Origin: Paramoeba atlantica
Taxonomy: Eukaryota; Protista; Discosea
Direction: 5' to 3'
Length of the DNA: 64,000 bases
NCBI GenBank assembly: GCA_977017575.1
Contig: CDRNVI010000150.1
Coordinates: 1-64,000, forward strand
Shown here: positions 25,714 through 38,400 of the stretch, one piece after another
Position numbering within the stretch: the stretch's first letter is position 1
Layout of the letters: the number at the start of each line of letters is the position of its first letter
Made by a program: the position numbers and the translations under genes
Notes under the pieces: model-generated
Told to the model about the DNA's origin: nothing
What the model saw: the letters and a program-made list of their open reading frames with translations, nothing else
Databases searched by the model: none

Positions 25714-27356
25714 TTACTTTCTCTTTCTTCTCCTTCTTCCCTTTGTTCTTCTCCTTCTTCTCTTTGTTCTTCTTTTCCATTTGATTCAATCTTTTCATTT
25801 ACATCTCGTTTTGCAGGTTTAATGGAACCATCAATGTGAATGTATTCCTATCCAAAAATTGTGTTTCAATTCTTTGGGAAATTCAACAATAATGAGAAAA
25901 AGAAAAAGAAAAACCTTAAAAAACTTCTTCACGCGTGGAGAGTAGGCAGAGTCTGCTGGTGTTTGTCCCTAAAATATTAAAAAATATTTAAAAAAGCTGA
26001 AAAAAAGAGATTCATCAAAAAAAGTGAATCAATAAATCAAAGAAGAACAGAGTTATTTTTGATTTCAGGATCAGCACCATATTCACACAAAAGTTTCACT
26101 ATCTCCAACTTACCCCCATGTGCAGCCAGATGGAGCGCAGTCCTCCCATCCTACCATTTTGGGTTGAATGAATTGTTCCCAAAGAGTACCCCAAAAACAA
26201 AGAAATGTGAAAAACCTCATTTGTTTTGTTGATTTCAACACCATTTTGTAACAAAAATAAAACAATCTCTTTGATTGTTGTATTTATTCCATAAATAGAA
26301 GTTTGGTTGAGGAGAGCCATGAGAGGAGTGCGACCCTTCAAAAAAAAAATGATTAAAAAATGACTCAAAAACACCCATTAAAAAAAAATCAAATTAGAAA
26401 ATACGTGATAGATTTCATTTACATCTGCTCCATTTTCAACTAAGATCTTAACAACTGGTAAATTAACAAACTTGGAAGCACAAACTTGATGAAGAACAGA
26501 ACTCTTTCCCTGTTTTTCCAAATTGATGGTAAATTGAAAGAAGAAAAAAAAGAAAGAAAGAAGAGAGAGGATTGTTTTGAGAAATAATTACTTTAAAAAA
26601 ATGGAAAGATAACTTGAAAAATCGATTTGATATGAGGAGAGAAAGAGAAAAAGAGAAAGAAAGAAAGAAAGAGAAACTGGCTTTGTTTGGTCCACTTTGA
26701 CTCCTTTTTCAATCAAAAATTTGGCAATTTCAAAGTCTCCTTTTTCACAAACTGAAGATAATGCAATCCTCTTTCGTGTTTGCTACATCAAATAAAAATA
26801 AACAAGAAATACTCAACAATCAAAAAATGAAAAAATATGATTAGAGAAAAAAAAGAGAGATGATTTACCGAAATTGGCTCAAGAGAAGAGCCTTTCTCAA
26901 AAAGAAATTGAACTATTTCAAGATTCCCAAATTCACAAGCAATAATCAATGGATTTGATCCATCCTTCAAAAACCATAACAACAGAGACAATCAAAATTT
27001 TTAAAATCTTTTTTTCAAAAAAAGAAAGAGGAAAAAAACCTCAGCAACAGGGCTCGCAAGTGAAGCACCATTTTCAATCAACAAAGTGATCATCTTTAAG
27101 TCTCCTTTTTCACAAGCTCTCATCAAAGGATTAATCCCTTCCTTTTCTCAAAACTTTCAGATCAATATCGCAACTCAACACACACACAGAGACAACAGAA
27201 TCATCACCAGAGAGGATGATGACAAAAAAAAGAAAAGAAGATGATCACCTGGTATCTTGGAGCTTGATTGACATCCACTCTCTGACTCAAAAGAAGTTGT
27301 TTAACTCTTTCATAATCTCCCCCTTCCACAGCTTCAAACAATTGGCGGTCTGTCAT
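25714..27356 (-). CDS. Ankyrin-repeat protein, copy F (exons 5-12 deleted, still in frame)
   Basis: Exons 1-4 join exons 13-17 through a hybrid intron (junction about 26580). I translated the nine remaining exons and found no stop or frameshift; TAA at 25714-25716. Confidence 0.78.
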
Positions 27357-27708
27357 TTCCCCTCTCTCTCTCTCTTTCTTTCTTTCTCTCTCTTTCTCTT
27401 CTCTCTTTTCTCTTTCACCAAAAATACTTGTCTTTTTTAGAGCACTAAAATTTAGCAGCTAAAATATTTTAGCTTTTTTGATTCTCTTTTTCTCTGTCCT
27501 TCTCTCTCTCTCCTTGTGATGAAATTGGCAACTTATTCTTTATTTTTCGGTTTATTCCCTCTTCCCCTCTCCCCAAATAAAATAAACAATTTCTTTTTTG
27601 AAAAAAGAAGATTTCCTTTTTCAATTTTGTGGAGGTTAATCCATTCGAGGTTTTTTGAATTCAATTTCATCACCACTAAAACCACATTCATCTCCAATCT
27701 TTCTCTTT

Positions 27709-30521
27709 TTACTTTCTCTTTCTTCTCCTTCTTCTCTTTGTTCTTCTCCTCCTTCTCTTTGTTCTTCTTTTCCATTTGATTCAATCTTTTCATTCCCTTC
27801 TTGTTTTGCAGGTTTAATTGAACCATCAATGTGAATGTATTCCTATCCAAAAATTGTGAAAAATTCTTTGCAAATTTCAAAAAGAATGAGAAAAAGAAAA
27901 AGAAAAACCTTCAAAAACTTCTTTACTTGTGGACAGTAGGCGGAGTCTGCTGGTGTTTGTCCCTAAAATATTAAATTAAAAAAGCTGAAAAAAAGAGATT
28001 CATCAAAAAAAGTGAAATCAAAGAAAAATGAACATAGTTATTTTTGATTTCAGGATCAGCACCATATTCACACAAAAGTTTCACTATCTCCAACATACCC
28101 TTTTGCGCAGCCAAATGAAGTGCAGTACTTCCATCCTACCATTTTGGATTGATTAATTGTTCCCAAAGAGTACCCCAAAAACAAAGAAATGTGAAAAACC
28201 TCATTTGTTTTGTTGATTTCAACACCCTTTTTCAACATAAATAAAACAATCTCGATTTCAGAATTCCAAGGTCTTTGATTGAGGAGAACCATGAGAGGAG
28301 TGCGACCCTTCAAAAAATGAACGATTAAAATGATACTCAAAAACACCCATTGAAAAAAATCAAAATAGAAAATATTGGTAGATTTCATTTACATCTGCTC
28401 CATTTTCAACTAAGATCTTAACGACTGGTAAAACAAAATAGGAATCGCAAACTTGATGAAGAATACTCTTTCCCTGTTTTCCCCAAAACCAAATTGATGG
28501 TAAATTGAAAGAAAAGAAAGAAAGAAGAGAGAGAATTGTTTTGAAGAAAGTTATCAAAAAAACCAACAAACTTGAACAACGAAATGTGCTCCATTTTGTG
28601 ATAATAATTCAACAATATCCAAATTCTTGTTTAGACATGCAATAGCCAGAGGTGATTGATCATTCTGTGGTAATGAAACTTTGTAAAAGACAAAGAGAAA
28701 AGAAATTTCAAAGTTTTTGAAAAAAGAAAAAGAAAAAGAAAAAGAAAAAAAGAGAATACAAATAGATTGTGAACTCCATTGATTGGACAATGTTTAGAAA
28801 TCAAAAATTGAGCCAAATCAAATTTCCCTTCTTTACTTGCAAAACATAAAGCTCCAACATTCAATTCCTGGTGTGTGGAAATAAAAAAAAAGGAAAAAAA
28901 GGGGGGTGGGAGTGAATTGTGAATCTTGTGTTGAAAACAGAAAAATTGTTCACAAATAATAAAAAATACCTCTTTCATATTCTCCAATAAATAAGAGATT
29001 ACATCCATGTTACCCCCTTCACATGCCAAGATAAGACCATCACTGTACCCAACTTGAAGTTGAGCACCATGTTTGGTGAAGAAAGAAACAATTTTAAGAT
29101 CTCCTATTCCACATGCAATGGAAAAAGGGGTTCTGTTATACTGTCACAATTTTGAGAGAGAAATTTTAAAATCAAATTTTTTTCATTTATCCAAATACAA
29201 TATCAAAAAGAGAAAACAGACATGATTTTCAAAATTGATTGAAGCACCTCTTTCCACCAATAAAGTAATAATATCAAAATGACCTAGCAGAGTTGCCTCA
29301 AACAAAGGTGTCCTCCCCTTTTTTTTTTCACAAAAGTTGATTTCAATAAATCATCAAAGAAATCTCAAACAAGAGAAAAGAAAAAAAGAAAAAACCCCAT
29401 TTCCTTGTTGATCAATCTGAAGATCTTCTATCTTCAAAAAAGTTTTGACAATCTCTAAATTCCCTTTTCGACAAGCGATGTGAAAGGGAGACAGTCCCTC
29501 CTAAAATGACAAAAGGACAAAATAGAATTCATAAATTCCTCTTTCTCCCCTCCCCGCTCCAACATAAATAAAAAAAGAGAGACATTCAAAAATAAAAACA
29601 TACTTTTGAAAGAATATTTGGCTGAGCACCCTTTTCAAGAAGGAAATGAACCATTTTGATATTATTCTCCAAAACTGCAATACATAAAGGACTCCAACTC
29701 TACCAAAAAGAGATGAAAATATTTAAGCAAACTTCTTTTTCAAAAACTTTGAAAGTTGAGAAAGAGAAAAAATAACAATGGGTGTGTAACAAAAAAAAAC
29801 ACTTCTTTGTAAAGAAAAGTTGATATTTGCGCCTTTGTTGATCAAAAATTGTGCCATTTCAAAATCCCCTCTTTTGCAAGCACGACACAAAGAAGTTTCT
29901 CCTTCCTGTCTCCCCCCCAAAAAATAAGAAGATTGGTAAAGATGAGTTTTGTTTTTGTGAAAACATTCAAAAAAACTGAAGAAAAAACTTTACATTTGTT
30001 GACCAATCTACCTTTGCTTTGTTATCAATCAAAAGATTTGCCATTTCAATATCTCCCCTTTCACAACAAATCCACAAAGGGCTTTTCCCCCCCTGTTCAA
30101 ACAAAATGATCATTCAAAAAAATGGAAACATGAATAACAGACAATCAATCCTCAAACTTTCTCTCTCCCAAAAAAAAAGACAAAAAAGAAAGAGAAAAAA
30201 ACTCAGCAGGAAGACTCTCAAGTGAAGCACCATTTTCAATCAACAAAGTAACCATCTTTAAGTCTCCTTTTTCACATGCTCTTATCAAAGAAGTAATCCC
30301 TTTCTTTCTCAAACTTTCAAATCAATATCACAACACACAAAGAGACAACAGAATCATCACCAGATATGAAGGTGATCATTCAAAAAAAAAGAAGAAAAGA
30401 AGAAGATGATCACCTGGCGTCTTGGAGCTTGATTGACATCAACTTTTTGATTCAAAAGAAGTTGTTTGGCCTTTTCATAATCCCCGTCTTCCACAGCATC
30501 AAATAATTGGTGATCTGCCAT
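27709..30521 (-). CDS. Ankyrin-repeat protein, copy G (exons 3-4 deleted; possible frameshift at exon-2 donor)
   Basis: ATG 30521 (MADHQLFDAVEDG), hybrid intron junction about 30135. The exon-2 donor reads GA|GT where paralogs read GAG|GT (about 30201), so G is either a pseudogene or carries a 1-bp error. Confidence 0.65.
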
Positions 30522-30893
30522 TCTCTCTCTCTCTCTTTCTCTCTCACCTCCTCCAAAAAAACACCAACAACAACCAAAAAAGAGAGAGAAAAAGATCGAA
30601 AATGGCAAGTTGCTCCTTTCTTTTGAGAAAACTAAATTTAGTCATTTTCATAATTTCCTCTTCTTTTTGATTTTCATTTTCTCTCTCTCTTTTGTCACAT
30701 TTATTTTTTATTTTTCTATTTTATTATTTTCCCCCTCTCCCCCCACCCCACCACCCCAAATAAAATAAACAATTTCTTTTTTGAAAAAGAAGATTTCCTT
30801 TTTCAATTTTGTGGAGGTAAATCCATTCAAGGTTTTTTGAATTCAATTTCATCACCACCAAAACCACCACATTCATCTCCAATCTTTCTCTTT

Positions 30894-31006
30894 TTACTTT
30901 CTCTTTCTACTTTCTCTTTCTTCTCTTTCTTCTCTTTCTTTTCTTTCTTCTCCTTCTTCTCTTTGTTCTTCTTTTCCATTTGATTCAATCTTTTCATTCC
31001 CATCTC
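30894..31006 (-). pseudogene. Last-exon remnant of an eighth ankyrin copy
   Basis: GGGAATGAAAAGATTGAATCAAATGGAAAAGAAGAACAAAGAG...AAGTAA plus the conserved 3' flank; homology stops abruptly at about 31008. Confidence 0.75.
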
Positions 31007-31009
31007 TTT

Positions 31010-32136
31010 TCAAATGACTCACTCACATTTGTTCAATACTCACCACCCCCCATGTTATTTCATTTATCTGCAACATCTTCGGATTCCTTTTGAAGAGACA
31101 CCCAAAATAAAAACTCCTTGTGATCCCCTTTCGTTTCGTTTCAGAATACTTGGCACCACCCAATCTGAGGAACCTTTTTTATCATCCCAGAGCTAAGCAA
31201 GTTTATCCGGCGCGCCTACTTCACTGTTGTGAACTGGAGCAAGACCAAATGGCCATTGGCCAGTGGGCATTGCTCCAGGTATTATTTGAATCATCAGGCA
31301 CAGGGTTTAATTTGGGTATTGGACAGGTACTTCTTTCCCTTCTCAGAAAATATCGATTGCATCTGGTCAATGACCATACACATCAATGTTTTCAACACTT
31401 AATTAATCTTTTCTTTTGAAGAAAGGGGACCCTTTTTTTTGAATTTCAGGAGGCAACAAAAAAACCACTGTTCACATATTTGAAGCTTCCTTTACCTCAA
31501 GAACAAATTTGTCTCTGGAACCAATTGTTGCCTCTTCAATATTGATAATAGATCGCAGTTCTTGAGAAAAGGGAATCCTCAAAAGGAATGAGTTGATCAA
31601 GAATGGGGTGAAGGACGGACCTCAAAGTTGTACCTCCCATCCTCCACCCATGTTTCATCACAATCTGTCTCTTCCAAAAATCTGTATCAAAGATATTTTC
31701 AAAGGAGAAGAAAAGATTGAAGTCCAAAAAAAGAAAAGATAAAACAGAAAGAAAGGAAACCTGATGTGACAGTACAGTCATTTTTCCTTCCTGAAGAAAA
31801 CGAAAAAAGAGACACGAGCAATAGTTTCTTCCAATCCAAGAAAATCTTATTTCTGTTGGAAGGCTTTCTTTCTCGCAATCTGGAATCCTCGAGGTCTTTT
31901 CCTTTCTCTAGTCCCTAAATTCAAGTTTCTGTGTTCCCTTTCCTCTTTTGAGGCTGGTCCTGATTGAAGAAGATTCGATTGTCCATCAAAAATTAATTCA
32001 AACCCTTTCTTTTTTGATTTTTCTCTGAAAATTTCAGCGGAAGAAGATAATCTCTGTCTTTACCTGATGAAGAAGAGGTCTCTCCCAACCCAATAGAAAT
32101 CCCCAGAACGAGAAACCGCTGAAGGAGAAGGACCAT
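31010..32136 (-). other. Unresolved unique sequence, possibly a degenerate or mis-assembled spliced gene
   Basis: Higher complexity than surrounding spacers. There is a candidate start MVLLLQRFLVLGISIGLGETSSSS|GTAAG at 32136 and several GT/AG signals, but I could not build a stop-free model. Confidence 0.3.
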
Positions 32137-32443
32137 CGAACAAAAAACTGAACAAACCCAAAAGGAAAAAGCGGAAAAAGCGGAAAAAATTAGCGCTCTA
32201 AAAAACGCATTTTCAAACGCATTTTTTCAAAAATCGAATTTTTTTAGGTTCCTCAAAAAATCTCTTTCCACTTCAAAAAATCTGACTCGGATTTTTTTAG
32301 GATTTACTAAGATCACCTCCTTCCCCCTCATTTGGTATCATTTAAAAGGTTCCCATTTTCTCGATTTTTTTTTTTGTTTTCTGGTTGTTGAGATTTGCGA
32401 ACACCGCCCCAATTTCTGTGGTTGTTGTTTGCTTGCTCGTTGA

Positions 32444-35400
32444 ATGAATTGTGTTTTTCTTTGTCAGGGGAGGAGTTCTTCTTCTCCTCCTTCTGGCTTT
32501 GCTTTTGATGGTGGCGGAGGTCAAAAACGGGGAAGAATATTCTCGTTTTTGGCTTTTGTCGTGGTGGTTGTTCTTCTGATTTCGCAAGGAGAGGGAGGTA
32601 TTTTGACCATCCAAGATAACAATCAAGATCAAGCCGCGCCAACCGCGGTCTTCTATTATCGAATTGAATCGAACGAGTCAATTCCCCAAGCGATCCTCAA
32701 TCTTCCAACTGGAAGTTGGTCTTTTCCAACGGAAGATGAACCTCTTTGTGTCTCCGATGATCCTGCTTCGTGTCCCATCACAGAGATCTCGATCACCAAT
32801 TGGTTTGTTTTTTAGATTTTTTTGTTTTTTGTTTTTCGTTTTTTTGTTTTTTTGTTTTTTTGTTTTATTCCTTTGAACAAAGCTGTTCTGTCCACCAAAA
32901 GATTTCGTGTTCATGAAAAACGTAATTATTCTCTTATCTTTTTTTTCAAAAAGGGATGACATTGAACAAGAATATTATCACCAATCGATTGAGTTTATCA
33001 CTCCATACGAAATGATTAATTTTTTGGGTTATGGTAAGTTTTTCTTTTGTGAAAAATACAATTTTTGTTCGGTTCTCAAAACAATTAATCTTCCTTTTTC
33101 CACAGTCCAATTTACTGGTGATCTCAGGAGTGTTAAAAATGACATTGGTGAGGATTTTTGATTATGAATACCTATTTTAAATATCTTGATCATTTTTTTG
33201 ATGTTTTTTTTTTAGAATCTCTTCGTTTAATGTATCGTAGTGGAACTGAAACAATCGGAGGGAATGAGTATGAAGGAAATGAAATTTCAGCAGGACCCGT
33301 CTATGTTACCGAAGATGGAATCCTTCGAAACAGTTGGGCTGTTACAACCGATCAAAGTTACGATTTCGATGAACCAGTTGAAGATTGTTCGACTTCTGCT
33401 CTTTGTCCCCTGAATACTCCAATCCCTTGTCTCCTGAATAAGGATTGTTCTGCGAACGAGTGTCCGTTGTTACCTCAATGGTGGGAAGAAGCCACTTTTT
33501 TCGATGAGTATGGGTGTTATGCTCGACAAGGAGCTGATTACAAAACTGACCCAGCCAGAGACGAAGCAGTGGTTGAAGCAATCACAGGAAGAAAACAATG
33601 TTGTTTGCCAGAGCTTCCCAATCAATTCCCAACTGAAGAGTATTATCCTTACAATAGTTATGGAGATACAAAGAAAGAAATCCCTTGTTCTTTGTTACCT
33701 TATTGTTCTGATGATGTATGGTCTGAAGATCCTTTTCATACAACGATGCCTGATGGAATGGATTATACATACTTTTATTTGGATAATGATGGTCGTATTT
33801 CGAATCTTGATCCATCAGATATTGTTGTTGAAGATGGAAGTGATTTTGTTCCTGACTTAAGAAGGAAGAAGTCTGCAATGTGTGATCCTGATATCTGGCC
33901 TCCTCGCCCTCGAAACGGACCTCGTTTGGATTTCTTCATTTCTGGGTATCGATCACTTACTGAAGAAGATTTACCTTTTCCAATCCAATGGGGAGGTACT
34001 GGTTCAAATACCATCGATGGTCTGAAACAAACAATGCAAATTGGAACAATTGGATTCAAAGACTATGTTTCTGATGATGATTGGAGTGTGAAAGCTCTTG
34101 GTTTGAATCATGGTGGAACTGGAGGAACAACAGCTGAAGAAGCACGCCAAAACCTCGTGTTGGGTCGATTAGCTCGTTTTGATACAATCGATGATTCCAA
34201 TTGGAATGGTCGTGCTCTTGGTTTGTTGAATGGTGGGACTGGAAGTCGAGAACAAGAAACTGCTCGTCGAAATTTAGGTCTTGGTCTCTCTTCTGTTGAA
34301 GGAATCGATTATGAAATTGAATTCAATCAACAAATTAGTGGTATTCAAGTGACTGTTGATGCTCTTGGTGCTCTTGCTTTTGAAGATACCATTCGGCCTG
34401 CACTTTGGAGTGGAGAGACCCTTCCTCTTGTTGATGGTGGTGTTGATGCCAGTAATGCGATGGATGCTCGTTACAATCTCCTTCTTGGTCAAATGGCTCT
34501 GTATGATTATATTGGAGATAATAATTGGATGGGACCTCCTCTTTCTGTTGCGAATGGAGGAACTGGTTCAACTTCTGTTGAAGAGATTGGTGATACTCTT
34601 GAACTTGGAGATTTAGCTTATCTCGATTATGCAACAGATTTTGTGTGGGGTGGGGATCCTTTAAGTATTGAAAATGGTGGAGTTGAAGCTACCAATGTTA
34701 TTGATTCTCGTTTCAATCTTCTTCTTGGAGCTCTTGCGACTTTTGATTATGTTGGAAATGAACAATGGTTAGGACCTCCTCTTTCCATTGAAAATGGAGG
34801 AACTGGTGCGAACACTCTCGAACAAGCTGTTGATAATTTCGAACTTGGTCAAATGGCTTTTGTGGATGGAGTTGCTGATTATCTTTGGTCTGGTGATTCT
34901 CTCACAATGGTCAATGGGGGTCTTGAAGCAAACAATGCGATTGATTCTCGTTTCAATCTTCTTCTTGGTCATTTGTCAACTCTCGATTATGTTGGGAATG
35001 AACAATGGCTTGGATCTCCTCTTTCGATTGAAAATGGAGGAACTGGAGCAAATACTTTCGAACAAGTTGTTGATAACTTTGAATTGGGAGAACTTGCCTT
35101 TTTGGATGTCGTTGGAGATTCATTATGGAGTGGTGATTCTCTTAGTATTGAAAATGGTGGGTTCGATGCATCCAATGTGATTGATGCTCGTTACAATCTT
35201 CTTCTTGGTTATTTATCAACTCTCGATGCTGTTGGAAATGACCAATGGCTTGGAGCTCCTCTTTCAATCGAAAATGGAGGAACTGGAGCCAACACTTTTG
35301 AAGAAGCTGTTGATAATTTCGAGTTGGGAGAACTTGCCTTTTTGGATGTTGTTAGAGATTCATTATGGAGTGGTGATTCTCTTAGTATCGAAAATGGAGG

Positions 35401-38400
35401 ACTTGAAGCATCCAATGTGATTGATTCTCGTTACAATCTTCTTCTTGGTGCTTTATCAACTCTCGATTATGTTGGAAACGAACAATGGCTTGGATCTCCT
35501 CTTTCAATCGAAAATGGAGGAACTGGAGCAAACACTTTCGAACAAGTTGTTGACAATTTCGAGTTGGGAGAACTTGCCTTTTTGGATGTTGTTAGAGATT
35601 CATTATGGAGTGGTGATTCTCTTAGTATTGAACATGGAGGACTTGAAGCATCCAATGTGATTGATTCTCGTTACAATCTTCTTCTTGGTCATTTATCAAC
35701 TCTCGATTATGTTGGAAACGAACAATGGCTTGGATCTCCTCTTTCAATCGAAAACGGAGGAACTGGAGCCAATACTTTCGAACAAGTTGTTGATAACTTT
35801 GAGTTGGGAGAACTTGCCTTTTTGGATGTTGTTAGAGATTCATTATGGAGTGGTGATTCTCTTGGTATTGAGAATGGTGGGTTTGAAGCATCCAATGTGA
35901 TTGATGCTCGTTACAATCTTCTTCTTGGTGCTTTGTCAACCCTCGATTATGTTGGGAATGAACAATGGCTTGGATCTCCTCTTTCGATTGAAAATGGAGG
36001 AACTGGAGCAAATACTTTCGAACAAGTTGTTGATAATTTTGAGTTGGGAGAACTTGCCTTTTTAGATGTTGTTGGGGACTCTTTATGGAGTGGTGATTCT
36101 CTTGGTCTTGAAAATGGAGGACTTGAAGCATCCAATGTGATTGATTCTCGTTACAATCTTCTTCTTGGTGCTTTATCAACTCTCGATTATGTTGGAAACG
36201 AACAATGGCTTGGATCTCCTCTTTCGATTGAAAATGGAGGAACTGGAGCAAATACTTTCGAACAAGTTGTTGATAATTTTGAGTTGGGAGAACTTGCCTT
36301 TTTGGATGTTGTTGGAGATTCACTGTGGAGTGGTGATTCTCTTAGTATTGAAAATGGTGGGTTTGAAGCGAGTAATGTGATTGATGCTCGTTACAATCTT
36401 CTTCTTGGTGCTTTATCAACTCTCGATTATGTTGGAAACGAACAATGGCTTGGATCTCCTCTTTCAATCGAAAACGGAGGAACTGGAGCAAATACTTTCG
36501 AACAAGTTGTTGATAATTTTGAGTTGGGAGAACTTGCCTTTTTGGATGTTGTTGGAGATTCATTATGGAGTGGTGATTCTCTTGGTATTGAAAATGGTGG
36601 TTTTGAAGCATCCAATGTGATTGATGCTCGATATAATCTTCTTCTTGGTGCTTTATCAACTCTCGATTATGTTGGAAATGAACAATGGCTTGGATCTCCT
36701 CTTTCGATTGAAAACGGAGGAACTGGAGCCAATACTTTCGAACAAGTTGTTGATAATTTTGAGTTGGGAGAACTTGCCTTTTTGGATGTTATTGGAGATT
36801 CTTTATGGAGTGGTGACCCTTTAACTTTCGAAAATGGAGGACTTGAAGCAAACAATGTGATTGATTCTCGTTACAATCTTCTTCTTGGTGCTTTATCAAC
36901 TCTCGATTATGTTGGAAACGAACAATGGCTTGGATCTCCTCTTTCCATTGAAAATGGAGGAACTGGAGCAAATACTTTCGAACAAGTTGTTGATAACTTT
37001 GAGTTGGGAGAACTTGCCTTTTTGGATGTTGTTGGAGATTCATTATGGAGTGGTGATTCTCTTAGTATTGAAAATGGTGGGTTTGAAGCATCCAATGTGA
37101 TTGATGCTCGTTACAATCTTCTTCTTGGTTATTTATCAACTCTTGATTTTGTCGGAAATGACCAATGGCTTGGAGCTCCTCTCTCCATTGAAAACGGAGG
37201 AACTGGAGCCAATACTTTCGAAGAAGCTGTTGATAATTTTGAGTTGGGAGAACTTGCCTTTTTGGATGTTGTTAGAGATTCATTGTGGAGTGGTGATTCT
37301 CTTAGTATCGAAAATGGTGGGTTTGAAGCATCTAATGTGATTGATGCTCGTTACAATTTGAATCTTGGATATCTTTCAACCTACGATTATCTCGGAGATA
37401 ACCTTTGGATTGGTCCTCCTCTTTCAGTGGACAATGGAGGAACTGGAGTGACCACTTATTATGATCTCACAGATCGACTTGAACTTGGAGATTTGGCTTA
37501 CTTAGATTATGTTATGGATTTCTATTATGGTGGTGATCCACTCTCAATCGAAAATGGTGGTTTTGAAGCTTCCAACATTCTTGATGCTCGTTACAATCTT
37601 AATCTTGGATATCTTGCAACATATGATTATCTTGGGGATAACCTTTGGATTGGTCCTCCTTTGGGAGTCAACAATGGAGGAACTGGAGTGACCTCTTATT
37701 ATGATTTGACTGATGCTCTTGAACTTGGAGAGTTGGCTTATTTGGATTATGTGATGGATTATTATTATGGTGGTGATCCACTCTCAATCGAAAATGGTGG
37801 TTTTGAAGCTTCCAATGTTCTTGATGCTCGTTACAATTTGAATCTTGGATATCTCTCAACTTACGATTATCTTGGAGATAACCTTTGGATTGGTCCTCCT
37901 TTGGGTGTTAACAATGGAGGAACTGGAGTGACCTCTTATTATGATTTAACTGATGCTCTTGAACTTGGAGAGTTGGCTTACATGGATTATGTGATGGATT
38001 ATTATTATGGTGGTGATTCTCTTAGTATCGAAAACGGTGGTTTTGAAGCTTCCAATGTTCTTGATGCTCGTTACAATTTGAATCTTGGATATCTCTCAAC
38101 TTACGATTACCTTGGGGATAACCTTTGGATTGGCCCTCCTTTGGGTGTTAATAACGGAGGAACTGGAGTGACAACCTATTATGATTTAACTGATGAACTT
38201 GAACTTGGAGAGTTGGCTTACATGGATTATGTGATGGATTTCTATTATGGTGGTGAACCACTCTCAATCGAAAATGGTGGTTTTGAAGCTTCTAATATTC
38301 TTGATGCTCGTTACAATCTTAATCTTGGGTATCTCTCGACCTACGATTACCTTGGAGATAACCTTTGGATTGGTCCTCCTTTGGGTGTTAACAATGGAGG

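Noticed and set aside
31120-31419. 99-aa plus-strand ORF as a gene
   Set aside because: No recognisable motif; splice-like signals and the candidate start are on the minus strand.
32883-32921. Extra mini-exon in the first intron of the giant gene
   Set aside because: Including it gives a stop or needs weak splice sites; skipping it gives a clean TG|G (Trp) junction.
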